A stretch of 64,000 bases of DNA from Patescibacteria group bacterium (GCA_038064835.1 JBBTSD010000001.1:28422-92421); one strand, 5' to 3'; shown: positions 26,836-36,377, counted from the stretch's first letter. Translations and numbers: made by a program. Notes: a model not told the origin generated them from the sequence alone.

Positions 26836-29028
26836 ATGAAAAAAATAGGTTTTTTTGGAGTACTGGCGCTCGCTGTGTGGATTCCCATGAGCACACACGC
26901 CGCAACGACGACCAATGTTTCTATCACCGATTTTCAATTCACACCTGCGGCAATCACCATTGTCGCTGGAGACACAGTGGTGTGGAAGAACAACGGGTCG
27001 ATGCGGCACATTGTGAACGCGGTTGATAACTCATATACGAGTGATCTTATTTCTGTGGGTGCAAGTTATCAGCGCACTTTTATAAACTCAGGGACCTACC
27101 CTTATTTTTCTTTGGTTCATGGTACTCGCACGGGTGGTGGTATGGCAGGCACCATCACCGTGACTCCCGCACCACCGCCGCCCCCTGTTTTTGTTCCTCC
27201 GCCCCCGCCACCCATTCCAGGGACACCACTAAGCCCGGGAGGGAATCTGGGAGACCTGCTTGCACAGGTTGTGAGCCTTAGCTCCTTCGTTCAGCAGTTG
27301 CAAGCACAACTTGCGAAATTGACAGGGGGCATACCGACAATTCCGCGGCCAGTCGAAACAAAAATGTGCCCCGCGGTTTTCCGGACAATTCTGCTAGGTT
27401 CGCGCGGGCAGGATGTGAAACAGCTTCAGGAATTTCTCCATGAACGGGGTTATTATACCGCGTTCGGATTTAGTGACCTGTTTGGTGCGGAAACAGAAAG
27501 TGCCCTCAAAGAGTTCCAGTGTCGGCTTGGCATAGTCTGTAGCGGAAGTCCCCGCACCACTGGGTATGGAGCGCTCGGGCCAACCACTCGGGAAGCGATT
27601 CGTGGTATGGCATGTGCTGGAGGTACGGTGTCGCCCCCAGGAAGCTTCAACTCATGCGCACTTGCAGGGGTGACAATTCCACACCAAGGTTCACGCCTTT
27701 TCTATTCTCAGCCGCAAGCTGTGTCGTGTCAGGCGGTGTCGCAACTTCGGATTTGCAACCATGGGGTGATGTCGGGCGGACAAAACTTTGCTTACAGCAC
27801 CTGCGGGCAAATACCAAGTGTTCCTGTGACGCCACCTGGCCCTATCACGCCACCACCTCCTGTAGGGACACCGAAGTGCACCTTCCTCTCGTACACTTTT
27901 GCAGAAGGTGAGAGCAAGACTTTCTTCTCGCGCGCAAATGCGCCATTTGGTGATTCGTGCGACAACTATGCGCAAGTTCGTTCGTGCAGAAACGGCGTGC
28001 TTACCGGCAGTCATGAATACTTCATATCTCAATGTCGTACACTCTCGACATCTTCGTGTACGGTAAATGGCGCGACGGTTCTGAATGGACAAACAAAAAC
28101 CTTCTTTGATCGGACGAGTGTAAGCGCCGGATCCTCGTGTAGTGCTTACTCACAAAGTCGTACTTGCACCAATGGAGAGATGTCGGGTGACAATGGCTAC
28201 ATGTATCAAAACTGTACCGACGGTGCCACCTGTACTGTGGGCGTGACGACGCTCGCCAGTCACGAGACGCGCACTTTCTATTCGCTCGGGACAGTGCCGA
28301 CAGGATCCAATTGCGGGAATTACTCACAGAGTCGTACATGTGTCAACGGGGTTGTATCAGGAGATGGGGTGTTTAACTTCCTCACATGCAGTGCACAGGT
28401 TGAGGGAAGCTGTACTCTCGACAACACCGTGGTACTAACAACGCAGTCGCGCACATTCTATCTACAAGACTTCGTGCTTCCTGGAGAACAGTGCTCTGCG
28501 TATGCACAGAGCCGTAAATGCACCAACGGGTCGTTTGACGGAAATGCTGCATACAACAAAGCTAATTGTACAAACGCAACCACAGGATCGTGTACAGTCG
28601 GTGGGTATGTGGTGAACAATGGCGCAACCCAAACCTTTTACACCGTGGCAGACGCTCCTGCTGGACATCTATGCTCTGAATACTCACAGAGTCGCTCATG
28701 TAGTAATGGCGCTGTTACTGGCACAACAAACTATGACAAGCCATCATGTGTCGATACCGACTCCTGCACGGTGAATTCGATTACTATCGGTCACAACGCA
28801 ACATCCACACTGTACTCTGCACAGACGGTCTCGTTTGGGTCGTTGTGTTCCGCGGTGGCACAAGAGAGACATTGCGTTAACGGCTCGCTCTCGGGCGGTG
28901 CATCATATATCTATTCCGGATGTGCGGTATCTCCACCGACTTCATCCGTGGCCTTCCCGCAATTGGCCAGTGTATTTACCGCAATTGATTCACTAGTGGG
29001 TGCTCTTGAGAGACTGCTCACAAAGTAA
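26836..29028 (+). CDS. Secreted multidomain protein: signal peptide, cupredoxin-like domain (Cu-ligand Cys replaced by Ser), Pro-rich linker, coiled coil, peptidoglycan-binding-like domain, ~8 tandem ~58-aa Cys-containing repeats
   Basis: The ORF is open from 26773; the likely ATG is at 26836 (MKKIGFFGVLALAVWIPMSTHA). DFQFTPAAITIVAGDTVVWKNNGSMRHIVN...GTYPYFSLVHGTRTGGGMAGTITV aligns with the plastocyanin/pseudoazurin pattern, with S where the Cys ligand should be. PGBD-like LLGSRGQDVKQLQEFLHERGYY...ALKEFQ. Repeats of the form CT..(x)..T(F/L)(F/Y)...G..C..Y(S/A)Q(S/V)R.C.NG..(S/T)G...Y....C. Confidence 0.7.
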   Translation: MKKIGFFGVLALAVWIPMSTHAATTTNVSITDFQFTPAAITIVAGDTVVWKNNGSMRHIVNAVDNSYTSDLISVGASYQRTFINSGTYPYFSLVHGTRTGGGMAGTITVTPAPPPPPVFVPPPPPPIPGTPLSPGGNLGDLLAQVVSLSSFVQQLQAQLAKLTGGIPTIPRPVETKMCPAVFRTILLGSRGQDVKQLQEFLHERGYYTAFGFSDLFGAETESALKEFQCRLGIVCSGSPRTTGYGALGPTTREAIRGMACAGGTVSPPGSFNSCALAGVTIPHQGSRLFYSQPQAVSCQAVSQLRICNHGVMSGGQNFAYSTCGQIPSVPVTPPGPITPPPPVGTPKCTFLSYTFAEGESKTFFSRANAPFGDSCDNYAQVRSCRNGVLTGSHEYFISQCRTLSTSSCTVNGATVLNGQTKTFFDRTSVSAGSSCSAYSQSRTCTNGEMSGDNGYMYQNCTDGATCTVGVTTLASHETRTFYSLGTVPTGSNCGNYSQSRTCVNGVVSGDGVFNFLTCSAQVEGSCTLDNTVVLTTQSRTFYLQDFVLPGEQCSAYAQSRKCTNGSFDGNAAYNKANCTNATTGSCTVGGYVVNNGATQTFYTVADAPAGHLCSEYSQSRSCSNGAVTGTTNYDKPSCVDTDSCTVNSITIGHNATSTLYSAQTVSFGSLCSAVAQERHCVNGSLSGGASYIYSGCAVSPPTSSVAFPQLASVFTAIDSLVGALERLLTK
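27650..28930 (+). repeat. Coding tandem repeat array: ~7-8 copies of a ~174-nt (~58-aa) Cys-containing module within the 26836 gene
   Basis: Repeated protein units, e.g. CTVNGATVLNGQTKTFFDRTSVSAGSSCSAYSQSRTCTNGEMSGDNGYMYQNC and CTVGVTTLASHETRTFYSLGTVPTGSNCGNYSQSRTCVNGVVSGDGVFNFLTC. Confidence 0.65.
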
Positions 29029-29031
29029 TAC

Positions 29032-30528
29032 ATGTACAGCGGTATCTCTGTTCGTCCGCGCGTGCTCGCCTCGGCTGTTCGCCTGGCAGTTCTCGTGGTC
29101 GTGCTCTGCACTGTTGGTTTTTACGGACAAGAAACGCTTGCGCCGTATGCGGACAGAGCGTTAGGTATCGAATACGATCAAATGCTCGCCGATGCCTCAG
29201 AGAGCGAGTTTCGGTATGTTCTCAAAAAAAGAGAGATACGCGTGATAGCCGAGGCGCGACTCAAGGCACTGATGGAAGAGTATAAGAACGATGTACCACT
29301 GCGCACCATCGAAAGACAGTCAGCATTGTTTCATGCCGTTGAGAATGAACGCCTGATCGCCGCTGATCTGAGTGTGATGCAGTTGTATCTCTATGAAGGA
29401 GGGAAAATTGTTGAAACCGTCCCTATCGCATCAAAAGGAAAACGCGGATCTCGTTGGGAAACACCGACAGGATTCTATCAGGTGCAAACAAAAGAGCAGG
29501 ATCATTTTTCGTCTATTGGTGAAGTGCACATGCCATATAGCATGCAATTTTTTGGGAACTTTTTTATCCATGGGTGGCCATATTATCCGAGTGGTACGCC
29601 AGTCGACTCAGAGTTCTCAGGAGGATGTGTGCGCCTTTCAACAAAGGATGCCGAAAAAGTGTATGCCTTTGCAGAGAAAAACACTGCGGTATTTGTGTAC
29701 GATGATCCACCCCTGCATCAGGGAGGGGTCTCATTATCGCGCCACAGTGGTTCCCCCGATGCTATCACAGCTCGGTCATTTATCGTCGCCGATGTGGACT
29801 CGGGGAGCGTCTTCCTTGAAAGAAACGCCGGGACGCCACGCACGATGGCATCAATTACAAAGCTTATGACTGCCCTCGTAGCAAACGAAAGCATCCACTA
29901 CACCAAGACGCTGCAAATTACGCGTGACGACCGTACAGGCGAGGGCGACTACGGCACACTCTCGAGCAACGACACGCTGACGGTTGGCGATGCATTCTAC
30001 CCGCTTCTGATGGAATCAAACAATGCGGTCGCTCATGCGCTTGCACGGCATTACGGGACAAATTCGTTTCTGACCTGGATGAACGACAAGGCGCGCGCGC
30101 TCGGAATGGTGCATACACAGTTTGCAGACCCATCGGGCATCTCGGCGCAAAACAAGGCAACTGCAGAAGATATTTTTCGCCTGGCACGGTACCTGCTCGA
30201 GCATCAATCCTTCATTCTTGGCGTGACTCGTCTTAAAGCAGCAATAGCAACCGACCAAAAGACCGGCGAAAAGCTTTCATTTAGGAACCTCAATCATTTT
30301 TCTGGAGACGAGCATTTTATAGGAGGGAAGACAGGATACACAACCGCCGCGAAAGAAACTATGGTTTCAATTTTCGAAGTTCCTGTAGGAACAAAGACAG
30401 CACGAGTCGCTATCGTGGTTCTCGGCTCTGAGGATCGGGAGCAAGACACAAAGAAGCTTCTTTCTTGGTTTACCAAATCCGCTGAAGAGGCAGAGAGCGG
30501 GTCTGTTATCGAAATGCGCACAATTTAA
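29032..30528 (+). CDS. Bifunctional cell-wall enzyme: N-terminal TM anchor + L,D-transpeptidase (YkuD) domain fused to a D,D-carboxypeptidase (PBP5/DacA-like, S11) domain
   Basis: YkuD catalytic motif FFIHGWPY...SGGCVRLS. S11/PBP motifs: S-x-x-K (ASITK), S-x-N (ESNNAVA), K-T-G (GKTGYT). Confidence 0.75.
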   Translation: MYSGISVRPRVLASAVRLAVLVVVLCTVGFYGQETLAPYADRALGIEYDQMLADASESEFRYVLKKREIRVIAEARLKALMEEYKNDVPLRTIERQSALFHAVENERLIAADLSVMQLYLYEGGKIVETVPIASKGKRGSRWETPTGFYQVQTKEQDHFSSIGEVHMPYSMQFFGNFFIHGWPYYPSGTPVDSEFSGGCVRLSTKDAEKVYAFAEKNTAVFVYDDPPLHQGGVSLSRHSGSPDAITARSFIVADVDSGSVFLERNAGTPRTMASITKLMTALVANESIHYTKTLQITRDDRTGEGDYGTLSSNDTLTVGDAFYPLLMESNNAVAHALARHYGTNSFLTWMNDKARALGMVHTQFADPSGISAQNKATAEDIFRLARYLLEHQSFILGVTRLKAAIATDQKTGEKLSFRNLNHFSGDEHFIGGKTGYTTAAKETMVSIFEVPVGTKTARVAIVVLGSEDREQDTKKLLSWFTKSAEEAESGSVIEMRTI

Positions 30529-30584
30529 AAAGGGACCCACACAGCGTGTAGGCCTCGAGAGGGTCTGGATGGTACAATCCTCAG

Positions 30585-32261
30585 GTGACTGTCTTTGCTG
30601 ATATTGTCGATACGCTCTTACTACAACGAGGGGTGTCTGATGCAGATAAAGACTCTTTCCTTAACCCCGATTTTGTTCGGGACACGCACGATCCATTTCT
30701 TCTTGAGGGTATGCACAAGGCAGTTGATCGTATTCTTGTGGCGCTTGGCGCAGGAGAGCGCATTGCGGTGTATGCCGATTTTGATTGCGATGGGATTCCT
30801 GGAGCCGTGGTTATGCATGATTTTTTTAAGAAAGTCGGGCATACCGCATTCGAAGTGTATATTCCACACCGACATACTTACGGGCACGGTTTTCACAAAG
30901 CGGCGATAGATGATTTAAAAGAACGGGGAGTCTCACTTATTATCACTATTGATGTTGGTGTCACTGCTGTTGAAACTGCCGCATACGCCAAGGAAAAAGG
31001 TATCGATGTCATTATCACTGATCATCACGAGCCGCCCGATATACTGCCTGAAGCAGTCGCGGTGATAAATCCGAAGCTCGGCACATACCCGTTCCGTGAC
31101 CTGTGTGGTGCGGCTGTTGGTTTCAAGGTGGTTCAAGCGGTTCTTGCTGAAGGGGGGAAGCAAGGTGTTGCTGCATGTGTCGCAGTGCCGGAGGGATGGG
31201 AGAAATGGCTTCTGGATATGGTGGGTATTGCCACGGTGGCAGACATGGTCCCCCTCGTTGGAGAGAACAGAGCACTCGCGCGGTTTGGGCTTTTTGTATT
31301 GCGCAAGTCGCCACGACTCGGCATCCATGCGTTGTGTCGCAAGGCGCGACTCGATCAACGACGCATTACCGAAGATGACATAGGATTTTCATTTGCACCG
31401 CGTATCAATGCATCATCACGCATGGATTGTCCAGAGCTCGCATTCCAGTTGCTTGCGACAAGCGACCCTGCTGAAGCTGAGAATCTTGCCGCGCAACTCG
31501 AAAAACTAAACGCGCAGAGAAAGGGTGTGGTGGCGAGTCTTGTTAAGGAAGTGCGAAAAATTGCTCTCGAACGGTATCCGACAGGCGATGTGGTGATTTT
31601 GGGAAATCCTGAATGGAAGCCCGCACTACTCGGTCTTGCTGCAAATTCAGTTGTCGAAGATCGTGGGGGGATTGTGTGTTTATGGGGGCGAGATGGCAGT
31701 GGTGCACTCAAAGGGTCGTGTCGTTCAGATGGCAGTATCAATGTTGTTGAAATGTTCAAAGTGGCGCAAGGTGCGGGTACACTCGAAGAAAGTGGTGGGC
31801 ATGCCTGCGCGGGTGGTTTTTCAATGTCGTCCGAACAAGTACATCGCGTGTCCGAGCTTTTGGGTAGCGCCGCTGAGCAGGTGCGCGGGAACGCGATTCC
31901 TGTTGATCCGCAATTCGATGCCGAAATCACTGTTGGAGATATATCTGCAAAACTTCTGGACGCGCTCGCGCTTCTTGCGCCGTTTGGAATCGCAAACCCC
32001 AAGCCAGTTTTCCGTACCACGGCAGATATCCGTGCAGTCAAAGTGTTTGGCAAAGAGGGGAATCACACAGAAGTTATGGTCGGCCTTGAAAATGTGACCG
32101 TGCGCGCGTTCGAGTTTTTTAAGACACCTGATAATTTCACTGTTCCCCCGCGAGTGGGCGAGCGACAACATATCCTCGTGACAGTGGAAAAGGATTCTTT
32201 TCGGGGTCCCCGCGCGGTGGCTTTGCGGATTGTCGATGTGTTACCCTTCGTCTCTCACTGA
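30585..32261 (+). CDS. recJ: Single-stranded-DNA-specific exonuclease RecJ (DHH/DHHA1)
   Basis: DHH family motifs (VYADFDCDG, ITDHHEP); typical length and order. Confidence 0.85.
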   Translation: MTVFADIVDTLLLQRGVSDADKDSFLNPDFVRDTHDPFLLEGMHKAVDRILVALGAGERIAVYADFDCDGIPGAVVMHDFFKKVGHTAFEVYIPHRHTYGHGFHKAAIDDLKERGVSLIITIDVGVTAVETAAYAKEKGIDVIITDHHEPPDILPEAVAVINPKLGTYPFRDLCGAAVGFKVVQAVLAEGGKQGVAACVAVPEGWEKWLLDMVGIATVADMVPLVGENRALARFGLFVLRKSPRLGIHALCRKARLDQRRITEDDIGFSFAPRINASSRMDCPELAFQLLATSDPAEAENLAAQLEKLNAQRKGVVASLVKEVRKIALERYPTGDVVILGNPEWKPALLGLAANSVVEDRGGIVCLWGRDGSGALKGSCRSDGSINVVEMFKVAQGAGTLEESGGHACAGGFSMSSEQVHRVSELLGSAAEQVRGNAIPVDPQFDAEITVGDISAKLLDALALLAPFGIANPKPVFRTTADIRAVKVFGKEGNHTEVMVGLENVTVRAFEFFKTPDNFTVPPRVGERQHILVTVEKDSFRGPRAVALRIVDVLPFVSH

Positions 32262-32268
32262 CACACCT

Positions 32269-32673
32269 ATGAGTATCATTCTATATACCGATGGGGGTTC
32301 GCGAAACAATCCGGGCATTTCCGGTATAGGTGCAGTGGTGTATGACGGCGCGAAGAAAGTCGGAGAAATTTCACACTACCTGGGTGTCCGCACCAATAAC
32401 TGGGCAGAATATGAAGCGGTAATTTTAGGACTCGAAGAGGTTAGGCGGCAGGGATTCTCAGGCAAGGATGTCGAAGTGCGCCTCGACAGCAAACTTGTTG
32501 CCGAACAACTTTCCCGAAACTGGAAAATAAAAGAAGAGTCACTGCGTTTGCAGGCCGAACGAGCATGGCTCCTTTTTCCACTGTTCAAATCCGTACGCTT
32601 CACCTACATTCCGCGAGAGAAAAATAAAGAGGCAGATGCGCTTGCGAATCTCGCCATGGACCGCGGCCATTAA
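32269..32673 (+). CDS. rnhA: Ribonuclease HI
   Basis: MSIILYTDGGSRNNPGISGIGAVVY...NNWAEYEAVILGLEE...REKNKEADALAN; the likely ATG is at 32269 within the ORF that opens at 32230. Confidence 0.85.
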   Translation: MSIILYTDGGSRNNPGISGIGAVVYDGAKKVGEISHYLGVRTNNWAEYEAVILGLEEVRRQGFSGKDVEVRLDSKLVAEQLSRNWKIKEESLRLQAERAWLLFPLFKSVRFTYIPREKNKEADALANLAMDRGH

Positions 32674-32706
32674 CCCATGTTGGACTTACGAAGTCCAACA
32701 TGGGTT
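32672..32706. terminator. Perfect 16-bp palindromic hairpin (AACCCATGTTGGACTT-acg-AAGTCCAACATGGGTT) exactly between two convergent stop codons
   Basis: Seen directly; it is flanked by the rnhA stop at 32671-32673 and the minus-strand stop at 32713-32715. Its core is shared with a second palindrome at ~38682-38704. Confidence 0.6.
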
Positions 32707-32712
32707 AATTCT

Positions 32713-33276
32713 TTATATACCCCCTTGCCAGTCAAGGATCGCTTGCAGTGGGTACAGCAACATCACCACATTGAGGGCAAGGTTGTCGCGGATGACAAAC
32801 CCCGTCCAAAGCTCAAAGGCGATTGCGAGTGCGACAGTAATCATGATGGGGAATCGCCACGCGATGATGAATCCAAAAACCATCCAGAGTGTGTCAAAGA
32901 CTGAATTGATAACACTGTCGCCAAAGTAGTCGAGTGAGATGGTCACTTCGCGGTACCGGTTGATAATAAAGTCGGTGTTTTCAAAAAGTTCCCACCCTGC
33001 TTCGGCAACAATCGCAAGTGCCAGACGCGCCCCCCAATGCATCTTGGGGAAGATTAGTTTTGATAGCCAATAGAATGCAAATCCATGAATGATGTGTGAA
33101 AAAGTATACCAATCAGCAATATGCTGTGAATTTTCCGAGCTTATAGTGATACCATGCCAGAATTTTACATAGCCACACTCGCAGATGGGGACCTGACCCA
33201 TAAACCACAAAAGAATCCCCTGACCGATAACCAGAATGACGGAAACCGCAGGCCAAAAATAGGGTGGTGACTGCAT
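32713..33276 (-). CDS. Small polytopic membrane protein of unknown function (possibly DUF2585/UPF0314-like)
   Basis: A 187-aa hydrophobic ORF with ~5 predicted TM helices; the family assignment is from memory only. Confidence 0.55.
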   Translation of the reverse strand: MQSPPYFWPAVSVILVIGQGILLWFMGQVPICECGYVKFWHGITISSENSQHIADWYTFSHIIHGFAFYWLSKLIFPKMHWGARLALAIVAEAGWELFENTDFIINRYREVTISLDYFGDSVINSVFDTLWMVFGFIIAWRFPIMITVALAIAFELWTGFVIRDNLALNVVMLLYPLQAILDWQGGI

Positions 33277-33316
33277 GGTTGCAGTATAGCGGGAAAAATA
33301 AGGGCGGGCTTAAAAC

Positions 33317-33344
33317 TTGCAAAATACTCTGAATATGCTATAAT
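33317..33344 (+). promoter_or_regulatory. Sigma70-like promoter (TTGCAA-16 nt-TATAAT) upstream of the SPFH gene
   Basis: Near-consensus -35/-10 hexamers with a 16-nt spacer ~60 nt upstream of the ATG at 33405, followed by a short 5'UTR hairpin and an AGGA RBS. Confidence 0.4.
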
Positions 33345-33404
33345 AAAAGAAGCTCTGCGGATGTCCAAAACCGCGGCTGCTTTCCGGAAACGAAAGGAAA
33401 ACGA

Positions 33405-34274
33405 ATGAACAGGGCGACTCTTTTGATGGGGTGGACGACTATCAGCGTCATCTACTTCATTGGCAGCTTCGTGATTGTGGGTGGACCCTTCATCCCGCTC
33501 ATGGTCTATGCAGGTCTCATGGTCGTGTTCTATGCGGGTTGTTGGATCAACACCATTAACGAATGGGAGCGACGGCCGGTCATGCTCTTCGGCCGCTACA
33601 TATACACGGCCGGTCCAGGGCTGACTTTCATCGAGCCATTGTTCTTCACAACGCTCGATGATGTGCCGGTTCAGGATCTGGTTATCGATGTCCCCGTGCC
33701 GAATGTCCAGACAAAGGACAATGTAAGCATCGGCATCTCTGGTGTTCTGACTTATCGCATCGATCCTACCAAGGTTCGTGACGCGGTGGTGCAGGTGCGC
33801 CATGTGGCCTCGGCCATACAAGAGCGTGCGCTTACGACGCTCACTGACACGGCGGCCGGGACCGACATTGACCACCTGCTCGCTGATCGCAAGAAGTTCT
33901 GCCTCGATATCGCAGAAGCCCTCCGCGACCGTGTGAGCACCTGGGGCGTGGAAATCCGCGCCTTCGAGATCAAGGGTTTCAAAATCAACGACAAGGATGT
34001 CGAGCAGTCAATTGCGATGAAGGCGCGCGCCGAGAAGGAAGGTGCCGCCGAACTGATGCGCGCACAGTACCAGCAACGAGTGGCAGTTGCGCTCGATGAG
34101 GCGGCGCGCAGCTATGGCGAGGCCGGTCGCTGGCTCAAGGGTATGGAGGTGCTGGTCGAGCTTTCGCGCTCGGCACAGAATCACACCATCATGATCCCGA
34201 GCGACTTGCAGAACGCTCTCGCCGCGGCAACGGCAGTCGCGCTGGCCAAGCCGACCGACCAGGCGGCGAAGTAA
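33405..34274 (+). CDS. SPFH/band-7 (stomatin/prohibitin-like) membrane protein
   Basis: N-terminal TM helices followed by a band-7 domain (ERRPVMLFGRYIYTAGPGLTFIEPLF...VQTKDNVSIGISGVLTYRI...), then a coiled-coil tail. Confidence 0.8.
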   Translation: MNRATLLMGWTTISVIYFIGSFVIVGGPFIPLMVYAGLMVVFYAGCWINTINEWERRPVMLFGRYIYTAGPGLTFIEPLFFTTLDDVPVQDLVIDVPVPNVQTKDNVSIGISGVLTYRIDPTKVRDAVVQVRHVASAIQERALTTLTDTAAGTDIDHLLADRKKFCLDIAEALRDRVSTWGVEIRAFEIKGFKINDKDVEQSIAMKARAEKEGAAELMRAQYQQRVAVALDEAARSYGEAGRWLKGMEVLVELSRSAQNHTIMIPSDLQNALAAATAVALAKPTDQAAK

Positions 34275-34378
34275 CAGGGTTCAGAATCAGTAGTGGCAGG
34301 CGGTCTTCGGACCGCCTGCTTTTGTTTGACCACTCGTCACTTTCTTGCTATTCCTCAAGAGAGAAGAGGAGGACTTCC

Positions 34379-35077
34379 ATGAAAGTGTATCGCCTTCCGC
34401 GATGCTCTATTACCGATGTCGACACGGGGCTTCGTGCCGAACAAATATGGCGAGGCACCGCACGGGAACGCGCCACGCTCGAAGACTTCGTGTCGATTTA
34501 CGAGCCCAACGAGGCGTTCTCAACCAGTATGCTGGGGAAAGACCGCGACATGGTCTCGGTTCGCGCAAAGACAAAAGAAGAGTTCGAGGAATATATCGAA
34601 AGAAAAAATGTGCCACTAATTACCATGCATCGAGGTGGCGGCATGATGTGGCATGGGCCAGGGCAGATCAATCTTTCCCCCTTGGTCGATTTACGAAGGT
34701 TGGGCATCTCGATTACTGAATATAGTGAACTTTTGGAAGAAGTGTGCGTACGGACCGTGCAGGTCTTTGGAGTGCGCGGAGTTCGTCACCATTTTCACAA
34801 AGGTTCACAGGGCGCTTGGGTTTCAGTGGGTGGAGTTCTGAAAAAGATTGCTTTTTTTGGGTGGAAGGACAATCGGGGTATTGCGATTCATGGGTGCACC
34901 ATCAATGTCTCGCCAAACCTTCTCCCGTTTTCGTATATTAATCCTTGTAACTTGCGCGGAGTGGAAGCGACATCCCTGCAAGAAGTTCTGGGCTTTGCAC
35001 CGCCACTCTACGAAGTCGCATGTGTTCTTGAGAAAGTGTTTGTGAGCCTTATACAGCAAAAAGCGCATGTCGACTGA
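34379..35077 (+). CDS. lipB: Octanoyltransferase LipB (lipoyl(octanoyl) transferase)
   Basis: LipB signature RGGGMMWHGPGQ and KIAFFGWK...GIAIHGCTINV; it lies beside the E2/E1 genes. The likely ATG is at 34379 inside the ORF that opens at 34322. Confidence 0.75.
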   Translation: MKVYRLPRCSITDVDTGLRAEQIWRGTARERATLEDFVSIYEPNEAFSTSMLGKDRDMVSVRAKTKEEFEEYIERKNVPLITMHRGGGMMWHGPGQINLSPLVDLRRLGISITEYSELLEEVCVRTVQVFGVRGVRHHFHKGSQGAWVSVGGVLKKIAFFGWKDNRGIAIHGCTINVSPNLLPFSYINPCNLRGVEATSLQEVLGFAPPLYEVACVLEKVFVSLIQQKAHVD

Positions 35078-35086
35078 CATGCGCTT
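35061..35086. terminator. Bidirectional hairpin terminator (AAGCGCATGTC-gact-GACATGCGCTT) between convergent lipB and E2 genes
   Basis: An 11-bp perfect stem overlapping the lipB stop, with a T-rich tail. Confidence 0.5.
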
Positions 35087-35099
35087 TCGTCCTATCAAT

Positions 35100-36377
35100 T
35101 CACTTCAACAAAGGAATTCTCTCGGGGTGCATGAGTAGATAATGCTGAAGCACACGGAGAAACGAGATTGGCTCGCGGCCGTTCATGACCCGGTGGTCGA
35201 ATCTAAACGCAACCCGCATACGCCTCTCGTCACCACTCGCACGCACTGCACCGAATGCAATGCCGCTCGCGATGCGCGAAATCAAGAGCGGGTGGGGATC
35301 TTCGCCGCCCAAGTATTCTTCTCCTCGCCACGACACTGGCGCACCGACATTGTTGATAATGAATGTTGGATCACTCATGTCTTCGACAGTCAGTCGTCCG
35401 GTTGATCCGGCAGCACTTACCAAGCGTTCTGTTTCGCGAATCACCTCAAGGAAGCGCAAGGTCTCTGCACAACGAATGGTTGGCGTCGCCAAGCCCGAGA
35501 AAATGCCACCAGCTTTTTCTGAGGGCATCGATATCGCGAGACCGATGTGCACATTTTTGTAGAGGCGGATTTCCTTGTGTGCTCCCTCCTCGTACCAGCG
35601 TGCATTCAATGCGCGGAATTCATTTTGTGAGAGGAGCCAGGCACACGACGCGATAAAGAAGTGTTCGAGTCGCAATTTCAGACCATATGTTTTTTGCACA
35701 TGTCCCTTCAGATCCTCGCGGAGCTTCAAGAGTGCACGCACATCAACATCTACCGAATCTCCAGCAAGTGGCATGAGCTGCGCTTTGCGCATCTCTTCTG
35801 CAGTTGTTCGCTGTAGTATCGTTGGTGACACTGGCATATATGCCGACGGAGGCATATTGGGTGTCGTGGTGTTTGTAGATTTCTCATCACGAAGATCAGC
35901 TTCCCTGAGGATACTGGTCCCGGTGATTTTCACTGTCGATAAATCGACGCCCATTTCACGAGCCAAGCGTCGTGTACGCGGCGAGGCACGCACCGGACCG
36001 CCGTCAGGTTTTGGCGGAGGTCCGATAATGGGAGTGTCCGCCGTAGTTTCAACCAACTCGATTTCTGCAAGCCGGAGTGGCTCTTTGCGCAAATCAACAG
36101 AAACTATAGTGCCTGCGGGCACAAGTATTTTGATGATGCGTGCATTGATTTCAGGGCCAACGGCCTCGATATCTTTTTCACCTTTCTGCGCGAGCAAGCT
36201 TAGTATGTTCCCGCCACGCACTGTCCCTGTATCGGGGTCGACAGTGCCGGGAACTACATCGCCTTCTTGGACAAACCAGGCACGGATTTCGATGTCGAAC
36301 GGATCCGGCGGTAGGTCATTGTAGAAGCCGAGGCGGTTTTTCTGTGCCTCGGTAATCTCGAGGATTCCTCGTGCCAT
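35100..36377 (-). CDS. Dihydrolipoamide acyltransferase (E2) of a 2-oxoacid dehydrogenase complex
   Basis: Lipoyl-like N-domain, peripheral subunit-binding domain (SPRTRRLAREMGVDLSTVKITGTSIL), and catalytic domain with the DHRVMNG motif. Confidence 0.8.
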   Translation of the reverse strand: MARGILEITEAQKNRLGFYNDLPPDPFDIEIRAWFVQEGDVVPGTVDPDTGTVRGGNILSLLAQKGEKDIEAVGPEINARIIKILVPAGTIVSVDLRKEPLRLAEIELVETTADTPIIGPPPKPDGGPVRASPRTRRLAREMGVDLSTVKITGTSILREADLRDEKSTNTTTPNMPPSAYMPVSPTILQRTTAEEMRKAQLMPLAGDSVDVDVRALLKLREDLKGHVQKTYGLKLRLEHFFIASCAWLLSQNEFRALNARWYEEGAHKEIRLYKNVHIGLAISMPSEKAGGIFSGLATPTIRCAETLRFLEVIRETERLVSAAGSTGRLTVEDMSDPTFIINNVGAPVSWRGEEYLGGEDPHPLLISRIASGIAFGAVRASGDERRMRVAFRFDHRVMNGREPISFLRVLQHYLLMHPERIPLLK

